From an uncultured Erysipelotrichaceae bacterium (GTDB taxonomy: Bacteria > Bacillota_I > Bacilli_A > RFN20 > CAG-826), in contig CADCNT010000003.1 in NCBI GenBank assembly GCA_902802905.1, positions 24,354 to 88,353 of the forward strand: a DNA stretch of 64,000 bases, in the 5' to 3' direction. The notes beneath the pieces are model-generated. The model made no database searches. It saw only the letters and a program-made list of their open reading frames with translations, and was not told the origin of the DNA. The number at the start of each line of letters is the position of its first letter. The first letter of the stretch is position 1. The position numbers were made by a program, and so were the translations under genes. Of the stretch, positions 27,415 through 35,040 are shown piece by piece.

Positions 27415-28330
27415 GTGTTAAGCCTGAGTTGAGAATGGTGTTAACAAAATATTCAACTTCATTTTTTGCAGTTTTTGCTCTTAAATAGCCAAGGCCAAGG
27501 CCATTATGACCTTTCATACATTTTGAAATAATATCAGCATTAACACCAAATTTATTTGCTTGTTCATCTACATCTCCAAATAGATTGAAGGTGTTAACAA
27601 TATTTTTTGGATTCTTGACAGCGTCGTTTAAGTCTTTCTCTAAAAGAGAAAGGAAGTTATCAACTTTTGATTTTTCAAGAGTTTTTTTAACGAAAACAGC
27701 AGCCTGAATAATTCTTTTTCCATCAGATTTTTCTTTAAACGTGTCAGAGGCCCATTCTTTTACTTGGGATACCTTATTCAAGTTGGAAATAAGTGGTTCA
27801 GCAGAGAAAACATAGTCAAGTTGAATGGTGGTGGTTTCGTCAACTTTATAAGTTCCAGTATTTAATGCGGTAGCTGTAGCATTTACAGCGTCAACTGAAT
27901 AAGTCGTGAGACCTAAATCACCATATAAATATTCAAATGTCTTTCCTGGAATATCGTTTGGTTGGAAATATAATACTTTATCACCTGCATTAAGCTCTCC
28001 GTCATCATCATTTCCAGTAGCAACAAGGCCAAAGTTACCAAAGGTAACTACCGCCGCCATTTGAAAATTAGCAGATTGTTTTACGATGGTGGTCAAACCA
28101 CCTTTTGCAGGGGCAACAATAATGTCGTAATTATCTTGCTTGAATTGTGGAATTAACTCTGTTTGTGGGTTTGTTACAGTTGTTAAACCGTTAACAAAGT
28201 TATACAAAGCAACCGCAGGAGCTCCTTGTGGCGCTAAAATTTTTAAATCAGTCTTCCTTAAAGATGGGTTTGAACCTCCACATCCTGTTAATAAAGCTGT
28301 AAGTGTGATTAATAATAATGCCTTTTTCAT
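27392..28330 (-). CDS. ABC transporter substrate-binding lipoprotein
   Basis: Lipoprotein signal MKKALLLITLTALLTGC (lipobox LTGC). 312 aa, co-oriented and overlapping with the permease. SD GAGGA lies upstream. Confidence 0.75.
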   Translation of the reverse strand: MKKALLLITLTALLTGCGGSNPSLRKTDLKILAPQGAPAVALYNFVNGLTTVTNPQTELIPQFKQDNYDIIVAPAKGGLTTIVKQSANFQMAAVVTFGNFGLVATGNDDDGELNAGDKVLYFQPNDIPGKTFEYLYGDLGLTTYSVDAVNATATALNTGTYKVDETTTIQLDYVFSAEPLISNLNKVSQVKEWASDTFKEKSDGKRIIQAAVFVKKTLEKSKVDNFLSLLEKDLNDAVKNPKNIVNTFNLFGDVDEQANKFGVNADIISKCMKGHNGLGLGYLRAKTAKNEVEYFVNTILNSGLTLDEEVYY

Positions 28331-28343
28331 TTTTTTATCCTCG

Positions 28344-28372
28344 TTGATATTTTAAGCATAGACTCATATAAT
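28344..28372 (+). promoter_or_regulatory. Sigma-A type promoter of the Crp/Fnr-family regulator gene
   Basis: TTGATA (28344-28349), 17-nt spacer, TATAAT (28367-28372). The predicted TSS falls inside the TGTGA box. Confidence 0.6.
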
Positions 28373-28375
28373 AAA

Positions 28376-28391
28376 TGTGATTCAAATCACG
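28376..28391. promoter_or_regulatory. Crp/Fnr-type operator TGTGA-N6-TCACG
   Basis: TGTGATTCAAATCACG fits the TGTGA-N6-TCACA consensus with one mismatch. It lies in the 64-bp divergent region between the ABC operon and the regulator gene. Confidence 0.6.
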
Positions 28392-28394
28392 AAA

Positions 28395-28988
28395 ATGGAA
28401 AAAATAATAAATATTATATTAAGAAGATATAAAGAGACATTTGAGTCTAAATCGTTTAAAGCCAACGAAACTATTTTTTATGAACACGATAAATGCGATC
28501 ATATCGGAATAGTCAAAAATGGAGAAATAAGCATCAAATCTTATTTTGCAGATGGCAAGGAAGTCACATATAACACGCTAAAAACTGGTCAGATGTTTGG
28601 AAACAACCTGATTTTTTCTTCAAGACCATTTTATAGAGGCGACGTCATCGCGGAAAAAGATAGCGAAATCATCTTCATCAGCAAAGAAACGTTGATAGAC
28701 TTGTTAATGAATGACCAAGAATTTCTGATGGCGTATCTTTCCGAGCAATCAGATTTTTCTAAGACACTAAATTTTAAAATCAAATTATTAACAATTTCAG
28801 GTGCAGAAGATAGATTTGTGTATTATCTTACATTTAACAATAATAAAATCAGTTTTAAGTCAGTTACAAAACTCGCAAACGAGCTATACATGACAAGAGA
28901 ATCTTTGAGTCGTACAATCAAAAAATTGAAAGACTCAGGAAGAATTTTAGTAGATCAGAAAACCATAACATTGATGGTGGAAAAATAA
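28395..28988 (+). CDS. Crp/Fnr-family transcriptional regulator
   Basis: cNMP-binding-like beta-roll plus a C-terminal HTH (MTRESLSRTIKKLKDSGRI). The start is moved from GTG 28377, which lies inside the operator, to ATG 28395. No Fnr-type Cys cluster is present. Confidence 0.8.
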   Translation: MEKIINIILRRYKETFESKSFKANETIFYEHDKCDHIGIVKNGEISIKSYFADGKEVTYNTLKTGQMFGNNLIFSSRPFYRGDVIAEKDSEIIFISKETLIDLLMNDQEFLMAYLSEQSDFSKTLNFKIKLLTISGAEDRFVYYLTFNNNKISFKSVTKLANELYMTRESLSRTIKKLKDSGRILVDQKTITLMVEK

Positions 28989-29006
28989 ATTAGTAGATAA
29001 TTAGTA
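28989..29006 (+). repeat. Phased heptamer array (2 x ATTAGTA, 11-bp period)
   Basis: ATTAGTA at 28989 and 29000, starting on the nucleotide after the regulator stop codon. The second unit forms the left arm of the terminator stem. Confidence 0.8.
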
Positions 29007-29026
29007 GGTGGAAATCTACTGTTTTT
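29003..29026 (+). terminator. Weak rho-independent terminator of the regulator gene
   Basis: AGTAG-GTGGAAAT-CTACT followed by GTTTTT. Confidence 0.5.
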
Positions 29027-29162
29027 GTGGATAAAAGAGAAATGTCCACAATAAGATAATAATCATTTTGATAATGTAGAAAGTTCGTTCCACATATTTA
29101 GAATTGCATTTTTTATATCGTTTAGTTAACATAATGACAATTATGCGAAGTTATTGTATTTT

Positions 29163-29192
29163 AATAAAAACACCCACATTGATGTGTGGATG
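29163..29192 (-). terminator. Rho-independent terminator of the yqeG...nadD/yqeK operon
   Basis: On the minus strand: CATCCACA-CATCAA-TGTGGGTG followed by TTTTTATT, 19 nt after the nadD/yqeK stop. Confidence 0.7.
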
Positions 29193-29210
29193 TTAATTCT
29201 TTAGTTTTGT

Positions 29211-30296
29211 CTATTTAAGATATTGATTAAGGCACGCCATCTGTAAATCGTTACGATAATCTATGTTTCTTTTTGTGTAATAATCAATGTTAGATTTTAA
29301 GACTTCTGCAAAACCATCAATTACACTACTTTTTAGTGCATTTATTAGTTCTGTTGAGTCAAATCCACGTGTTGGTTCTATCTTATCAACACAGTGCACT
29401 ATTATTCCAACATCTGTCATATTGCTATTAGCGGTTGTGTGGAACATAATAGCATCCAGTATAACTGGATCATGTATATCAAAGTCTCTTTCAACTAGAT
29501 AAACACCTATAAATTGATGATAAATGGCCGGTGGATAATTCAAATAATCCCTAAAATGCTCTGCCATTACTTCTCTTTGTTCGCTCATTGGCATTTCTTT
29601 TCCAATATCATGTAACAGTGCTGCAATTAGAGCCTTTTTAGCATCTTTTAGATTATTTGCTATAGCAACTTCATAAGATAACTTTGCGGTACTTATAACA
29701 TGTAATAAGCGTTTTTCTGACATATAGCCAGCAATTCTTTGCATAAAGTAGAGACGGTGATCGATGATGTAATCAATTACAGAATCAGGCGTCTCAAGGC
29801 TCTTTAGATTGCGAATATCTGTTGAGCTGACATCAACTTCGCCACCACTAATCTCTTTCATTTTGAATCTTTTGATGTTTTCATCGCTCAATTCTAAATC
29901 GGGGCGTTTAAAGTAAACGATTGTCGCTAATTCCGCCAATTCATCAGCGTCTTTCCACTTGTGGAAGCTGTTAACTTGGTCGGCACCAATTAAAAAATAC
30001 AGTCTAGAATCTTTATAAGATTCTTTGAAGTGTTTGACTGTATCAATCGAATAATTAACTTCTTCTTGTGAGTCAGCCTCGTATCTTGATAGATGAAATC
30101 TCTTTTCACCTTCGATGGCGAGTTGAATCATATTGATTTTGTCTTCAATGGGTGAAGAATCATTTTTCCAAACCGCAATCTTAGCAGGTATGAAAAAAAT
30201 ATCGGCATCTAATTGTTTTGATGCTTCCTTTGCCATATTAATATGGCCGAAATGAATAGGATCAAATGCACCACCAAAAAGAACGATATTTTTCAT
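29211..30296 (-). CDS. nadD: Fused nicotinate-nucleotide adenylyltransferase (NadD) and HD-domain YqeK
   Basis: The N-terminal half has GGAFDPIHFGH (HxGH). The C-terminal half has the HD motif LLHDIGK. The start is placed at MKNIVLFGG (ATG 30296), 1 nt after the yhbY stop, rather than at the track start 30401. Confidence 0.85.
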   Translation of the reverse strand: MKNIVLFGGAFDPIHFGHINMAKEASKQLDADIFFIPAKIAVWKNDSSPIEDKINMIQLAIEGEKRFHLSRYEADSQEEVNYSIDTVKHFKESYKDSRLYFLIGADQVNSFHKWKDADELAELATIVYFKRPDLELSDENIKRFKMKEISGGEVDVSSTDIRNLKSLETPDSVIDYIIDHRLYFMQRIAGYMSEKRLLHVISTAKLSYEVAIANNLKDAKKALIAALLHDIGKEMPMSEQREVMAEHFRDYLNYPPAIYHQFIGVYLVERDFDIHDPVILDAIMFHTTANSNMTDVGIIVHCVDKIEPTRGFDSTELINALKSSVIDGFAEVLKSNIDYYTKRNIDYRNDLQMACLNQYLK

Positions 30297-30297
30297 C

Positions 30298-30588
30298 TTA
30301 TTTAAGTTTGATTTTTGGATTTTCTTTGTTCTTGCGATATAGAACAATGGTTCTTCCCACCACTTGAACGACATCAGCGTGTAATTTTGAAGAGAGATCA
30401 AGTGTTAGTTCCATGATTGGAGTTGTTGAGCTCTTCAAAACTTCAATTTTGATTAATTCTCTAGCAGTTAATGCTTTATCTAATACGTCTAAAAGCGAGT
30501 TTGTGACCTCACTCTTACCAATTTGATATTTTGTTTTGTCTAAGGCAATTATTGCTCGTAATTGCTTCTTTTCGCTTTGTGATAGCAT
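30298..30588 (-). CDS. yhbY: RNA-binding CRM-domain protein YhbY/YqeI
   Basis: 96 aa (LSQSEKKQLRAIA...GRTIVLYR). Position between yqeH and nadD matches Bacillus. Confidence 0.8.
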   Translation of the reverse strand: MLSQSEKKQLRAIIALDKTKYQIGKSEVTNSLLDVLDKALTARELIKIEVLKSSTTPIMELTLDLSSKLHADVVQVVGRTIVLYRKNKENPKIKLK

Positions 30589-30591
30589 ATT

Positions 30592-31728
30592 TTATCTAAT
30601 CTTGGACAATGATTCTTTAACAGCGGCGCCTTTTGGTAGCAAGACACGGATTGTTTGTCCTTTACCTCTCATAGAGAACCAGCATAAGCCTTCAACAGAA
30701 ATATCATGTCTTAAGCCATCACTTTCTAAGTCGTATTCAAACATGTCGTAGTCTCTAAATGAGGCGTATCTAGTGGATACTGGTTTAACACTTTTTTTCT
30801 TAAGATTATGAGCTAAGAATTCATCAACTCTATCGTTATCAACCACTTTGATTTCCACTTTTTCACTAGTGAAAACACGGATTGAAGTGTGATGGCCTTT
30901 GATTACGTATAAGCATGCAAGGTTGCCCACAACGATCGCGCTTCCGGCGCCGATAAAGCGTCTTGTCATGTTCACTTCCTTTTTAGGAGTGATGATTTTT
31001 TGAATTGCAGGTTCGACTCTAGAATACACAGATGTATTATTGCTCAAATCAGGCAATTCATAGAAGAACGAGGAGTTAGTTAAAGGAATTTCTAACACGT
31101 TAGAATTGGTTCCTGGATATAATTCAGATTTAACTTGCCATCTAGTGTTGTTTTCATAATCTTTCAACATTTTATTAACAAATGTTGTTTTTCCACTATT
31201 GAGTTCGCCTAATAAATAGACATCTCTACCTTTACGGTATTCACCAAATTGTTTTAATTTTTCTTTGATGTTAATTGAATCTTCGCTACCAATTAAGTCG
31301 ATGGCGATTGGATTAATTCCCACATCAGCAAATCTCTCATCAAGATATCTGATGAGCATTTCGTCCGTCGCTAATGAAGGCATTAAATCTCTCTTGGAAC
31401 CAATAACAACAACATTAAGCTTTTTAACTTTCTTAACAATCTCTGGATTTAATGTGCCATTAAATGTAAACAAATCAACCATCCAGACGATCAAGGAATC
31501 AGTAGCGACTGCATCTTTAAGGATTTTTAAAATATCCTTATCGGTTTCGTGATCTAAGGAACTGCTATTGAGTGACAACATTTTTCCATAACATGAGTTA
31601 CAATATGGAATCTTTGGCACTCCGTTTTCAATGATTGCTCTAGAAATAAAGCCTGGTTTGTTTTTTGAATCTGCTTGCAAAATTGCTCCGCAACTTTGAC
31701 ATCTGATTACTCTTTTTGCACTTGCCAT
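30592..31728 (-). CDS. yqeH: Ribosome biogenesis GTPase YqeH
   Basis: N-terminal zinc finger (CQSCG...CNSC) and circularly permuted GTPase motifs (IGSKRDL ... GELNSGKTTFVN). Confidence 0.85.
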   Translation of the reverse strand: MASAKRVIRCQSCGAILQADSKNKPGFISRAIIENGVPKIPYCNSCYGKMLSLNSSSLDHETDKDILKILKDAVATDSLIVWMVDLFTFNGTLNPEIVKKVKKLNVVVIGSKRDLMPSLATDEMLIRYLDERFADVGINPIAIDLIGSEDSINIKEKLKQFGEYRKGRDVYLLGELNSGKTTFVNKMLKDYENNTRWQVKSELYPGTNSNVLEIPLTNSSFFYELPDLSNNTSVYSRVEPAIQKIITPKKEVNMTRRFIGAGSAIVVGNLACLYVIKGHHTSIRVFTSEKVEIKVVDNDRVDEFLAHNLKKKSVKPVSTRYASFRDYDMFEYDLESDGLRHDISVEGLCWFSMRGKGQTIRVLLPKGAAVKESLSKIR

Positions 31729-31729
31729 A

Positions 31730-32251
31730 TTATTTGTTCCTCCAGTCCACGAGATTTCCTTTTTTTCTATGATATCTTCTTATTGGTCGATCCATCAATC
31801 TATTGATGTGAGTTGTCCATTGGTCTTCTTTCACAACCTTTTCCGTAAGAACAACCCTGATTTTCGCTCCATGCGAAGCGAGCACGTCTGTCATCATTTG
31901 GTCGCCCACTAGCATCACTTCGTTATTAGTTAAGCCTCTTCTAGCAATTTCTGCTTTTATCTTCTTGCTGAACGGCTTTCTTGCGCTTGCGAGATACTCA
32001 ACGCCTAACTTGTCTGCATAGATGCACACTCTGCGTGCCTTATTATTCGAGATAATTACCGGATTAATACCAACATCTCTAAGTTTCTTGATAAGAACAA
32101 TTGTTCTTTCTTGAGGCTCGGTAGCACGATAGCTATCAAGCGTGTTGTCTAAATCGATGAATAAAGTTTTAACGCCATTCTTAAGAAAAAAGTCCACTTC
32201 AATTTCATAAATTGATTGAGCATGGGCGAAGGGAATAAAACTTTTAAACAT
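31730..32251 (-). CDS. yqeG: HAD-superfamily phosphatase YqeG
   Basis: DLDNTL and GDQMMTD HAD motifs; 173 aa; upstream of yqeH as in Bacillus. Confidence 0.85.
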   Translation of the reverse strand: MFKSFIPFAHAQSIYEIEVDFFLKNGVKTLFIDLDNTLDSYRATEPQERTIVLIKKLRDVGINPVIISNNKARRVCIYADKLGVEYLASARKPFSKKIKAEIARRGLTNNEVMLVGDQMMTDVLASHGAKIRVVLTEKVVKEDQWTTHINRLMDRPIRRYHRKKGNLVDWRNK

Positions 32252-32336
32252 TTTTCAACCACAAAATAGTTTATACGAAAAAGTCTTATTTTTATAGACT
32301 TTTATAAAAAAGTTGATTGTAGCTTTCTTATTTAAA

Positions 32337-32363
32337 GAAAAAAGTAGTCAATTATTAACTACT
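32337..32363 (-). terminator. Rho-independent terminator after parC
   Basis: Minus strand: AGTAGT-TAATAATTG-ACTACT followed by TTTTTT. The left arm is the last heptamer unit. Confidence 0.65.
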
Positions 32364-32388
32364 AATCAACTACTAATTTTCTACTATA
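32360..32388 (-). repeat. Phased heptamer array (minus strand TATAGTA, ATTAGTA, ATTAGTA; 11-bp period)
   Basis: Plus strand: TACTAAT at 32360 and 32371, TACTATA at 32382. The AT hairpin ATATAAC-TTT-GTTATAT (32399-32415) lies between the parC stop and the array. Confidence 0.85.
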
Positions 32389-32414
32389 TTTTTAATGTAT
32401 ATAACTTTGTTATA

Positions 32415-35039
32415 TCAGTCAAGATCATCGAAGATTGAAATCTGTTCGAACGATACTTCTTTCTTTTCTTCCTCTTCTTCCTTAGTTGATTCATCAGATT
32501 CAGCAGGAGTTTCTTCTAGAGCTTCCACTTCTTCAATCTTAGGTTCTTTAACTAATATCGGATGAGAAATATTGTGTTTACCAATATTTACGATTTCAGT
32601 ATCAAAGACAAATGAGATTTGTTGTTTTAATGTTATTTCATCAATGTTCTTCTTAGCATATTGTGCTTCTGTATTTCTGAAATCGTTAACAAGGATTTGC
32701 TTATAGGTTCTATCATTTAAATATAATACTATATTTAATTCCTCGTCACGGCTTGCTTTCATTGCGCAGACAATATTGTGTGGCTCACCTTTAAATGATT
32801 GAAGAATGGTTTGCACTTTGCCCAAACGAGCGGTTTTGAAGAATTTATTAATATCTGTTACGCGTAGGTGTCCTTTGTTAGTAAATAATAGAATCTTGCT
32901 TCTTTCTTCGTGCTCAAAGGCTAATAATCCAGCGGTTGAGTTGCTTCCTAAGCCAGATACAGATTTAACGCCTCCAGCTTTGTTTCCTAAGACGGTTAAT
33001 TCGTTCTCATTAAAGAATGTACAATTACCATTATTAGTTATAACTAATAAGTCACTATCACCTGACACTAATTGGATGCCAGTAATAGAATCGTTTGGCA
33101 AAAGTTTCATGCATTTAGTTGGGCGGGAACGTTTAGCTAACTCTAAAGTTGAAACAGCCATACGCTTAATTTGACCAATTTTTGTTAAAATGACTAAATA
33201 TAAGTCATTTCTCATTTCGCTCAACGACATGACCTTTATGATCTTCTCACCGCTACTTAGCATGGTGAAATCATTGATGTGGGTTCCTTCATCTTTCCAT
33301 TTGGTATCGGTTAAAGAGTGAACTGGAATGGTTGTATAATTACCATAATTTGTAAAACAAATTAAGTAATCGGTTGTCATTGCTTTTCCACTAGCAACAA
33401 GCATATCGCCATCTTTTAAGCCAGGAAGTTCGCCGTTACTGCTGCTAAAGCTTCTAATAGAGCTTCTTTTGAGGTAGCCATCATAGCTAACAGCAATAGC
33501 AACTTCTTCCTTAGCGATAAGATCTCTCTTATCAATTTCTTTGGTTTCGCCTTTTTCGATAATTTGAGTTCTACGATCATCACCATATTTGTTGGAAAGA
33601 TTTTTTAAATCTTTAATGATGACTCGATTCAATTTATTAGGATCTTCAAGAATCTCTTTGAGATTTGTGATATCCTTTTCTAGTTGTTCTTTTTCTTTCT
33701 CTAAAATTAACTCATCAGTGTGACTTAATTTGTATAAAGGCATAGTAACGATAGCTTCAGCTTGTTTGTCTGATAATTCATATTGTTTCATCAAGTTGGT
33801 TTTGGAATCGTTTTTATCCTTACTTTTGCGAATGATATCCACTACTTCATTAATATTTAGCGAAGCTAAAAGTAAGCCGTTAACGATGTGCAAACGTTCG
33901 GAATATTTGCTTAAATCAAATTGACATTTTCTAGTGACAACATCGACTTGATGCTCAATATAAGCATCAACATAGTCGAGTAATGATAAGGTCTTTGGTC
34001 TACCATTAACAATCGCCACCATATTAGCGGTATAGCCTGTCATTAAGTTGGTTTTCTTCATTAAATATTGAAGAATGAGATCAGTTTTTGCGTTCTTTTT
34101 GATGTCGATTGCAATTCTAATTCCTTTATAATCAGACTCATCTCTCACTTCGATAATGCCGTCGATAGCTTTAGAATGCCTAATTTTGTCTATTTCATAG
34201 ACAAGCTGAATTTTCACCACTTTATAAGGTACTTCAGTGATAATAATTTGGTTTATGTCCTTTTTTTCAACGATTTCCGCTTTGCCAGAAATTTCAATTC
34301 TTCCACGGCCTGTTTGATAGATTTGCTGAAGTCCTGGAGAGTTATAAATATATCCTCCAGTAGGGAAATCAGGGCCCTTAACGAACATCATTAAATCATC
34401 CACTGTCGCTGTTTTATGGTTAATGCGGTAAATGACAGCGTCAATTACTTCTCTAAGATTATGAGGTGGGATTTCAGTTGCTAAAGCAACTGCGATACCT
34501 TCAGTGCCGTTAACTAATAGATTTGGGAATCTCGCTGGAAGAACGATTGGCTCTAATTCTGTATCATCAAAATTGAACTGCATATCCACAGTTTTCTTTT
34601 CGATGTCCGCAATTAATTCGTTAGATAATTCGCTTAATCTGCTTTCGGTATAACGATAAGCAGCAGGTGAGTCGCCATCAATAGAACCATTGTTACCTTG
34701 GAAGTCGATAAGTGGGTATCTAACTTTCCAATCCTGGCTCATTCTCGCTAAAGCTTCGTAAATCGAAGTATCGCCATGTGGGTGATAAGTTCCCATAACT
34801 GCACCAACAGTATGAGCACATTTTTTAGTTGGCTTATTAAAAGTGTTACCACTTTTATACATGGAGAAAATGATTCTTCTTTGAACTGGTTTTAAGCCGT
34901 CCCTGACATCAGGAATAGCACGATCTTGGATGACATACTTTGCATAGGTTGCATAACGATCACCCATTACATCTTCAAGGGGCTCAACAGAAATATTTTC
35001 TTCAATAATTTCTTCGACTACTTCTTGTTTTTTCGCCAT
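32415..35039 (-). CDS. parC: DNA topoisomerase IV subunit A
   Basis: Active-site AAYRYTESRLS. No GyrA-box (QRRGGKG-like) seen in the C-terminal domain. The parE-parC pair is divergent from plsY, as in Bacillus and Staphylococcus. Acidic C-terminal tail. Confidence 0.8.
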   Translation of the reverse strand: MAKKQEVVEEIIEENISVEPLEDVMGDRYATYAKYVIQDRAIPDVRDGLKPVQRRIIFSMYKSGNTFNKPTKKCAHTVGAVMGTYHPHGDTSIYEALARMSQDWKVRYPLIDFQGNNGSIDGDSPAAYRYTESRLSELSNELIADIEKKTVDMQFNFDDTELEPIVLPARFPNLLVNGTEGIAVALATEIPPHNLREVIDAVIYRINHKTATVDDLMMFVKGPDFPTGGYIYNSPGLQQIYQTGRGRIEISGKAEIVEKKDINQIIITEVPYKVVKIQLVYEIDKIRHSKAIDGIIEVRDESDYKGIRIAIDIKKNAKTDLILQYLMKKTNLMTGYTANMVAIVNGRPKTLSLLDYVDAYIEHQVDVVTRKCQFDLSKYSERLHIVNGLLLASLNINEVVDIIRKSKDKNDSKTNLMKQYELSDKQAEAIVTMPLYKLSHTDELILEKEKEQLEKDITNLKEILEDPNKLNRVIIKDLKNLSNKYGDDRRTQIIEKGETKEIDKRDLIAKEEVAIAVSYDGYLKRSSIRSFSSSNGELPGLKDGDMLVASGKAMTTDYLICFTNYGNYTTIPVHSLTDTKWKDEGTHINDFTMLSSGEKIIKVMSLSEMRNDLYLVILTKIGQIKRMAVSTLELAKRSRPTKCMKLLPNDSITGIQLVSGDSDLLVITNNGNCTFFNENELTVLGNKAGGVKSVSGLGSNSTAGLLAFEHEERSKILLFTNKGHLRVTDINKFFKTARLGKVQTILQSFKGEPHNIVCAMKASRDEELNIVLYLNDRTYKQILVNDFRNTEAQYAKKNIDEITLKQQISFVFDTEIVNIGKHNISHPILVKEPKIEEVEALEETPAESDESTKEEEEEKKEVSFEQISIFDDLD

Positions 35040-35040
35040 A

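Noticed and set aside
28989-29210. Possible replication origin (oriC), because of an exact DnaA box plus AT-rich DNA.
   Set aside because: No dnaA, dnaN, rpmH or gidA-type neighbours are present. There is only one perfect box per spacer, and most box-like sequences are arms of hairpins or terminators. The gene context (yqeG-nadD, parEC) is not an origin context in related bacteria. It is kept only as a low-interest DnaA-box-cluster observation.
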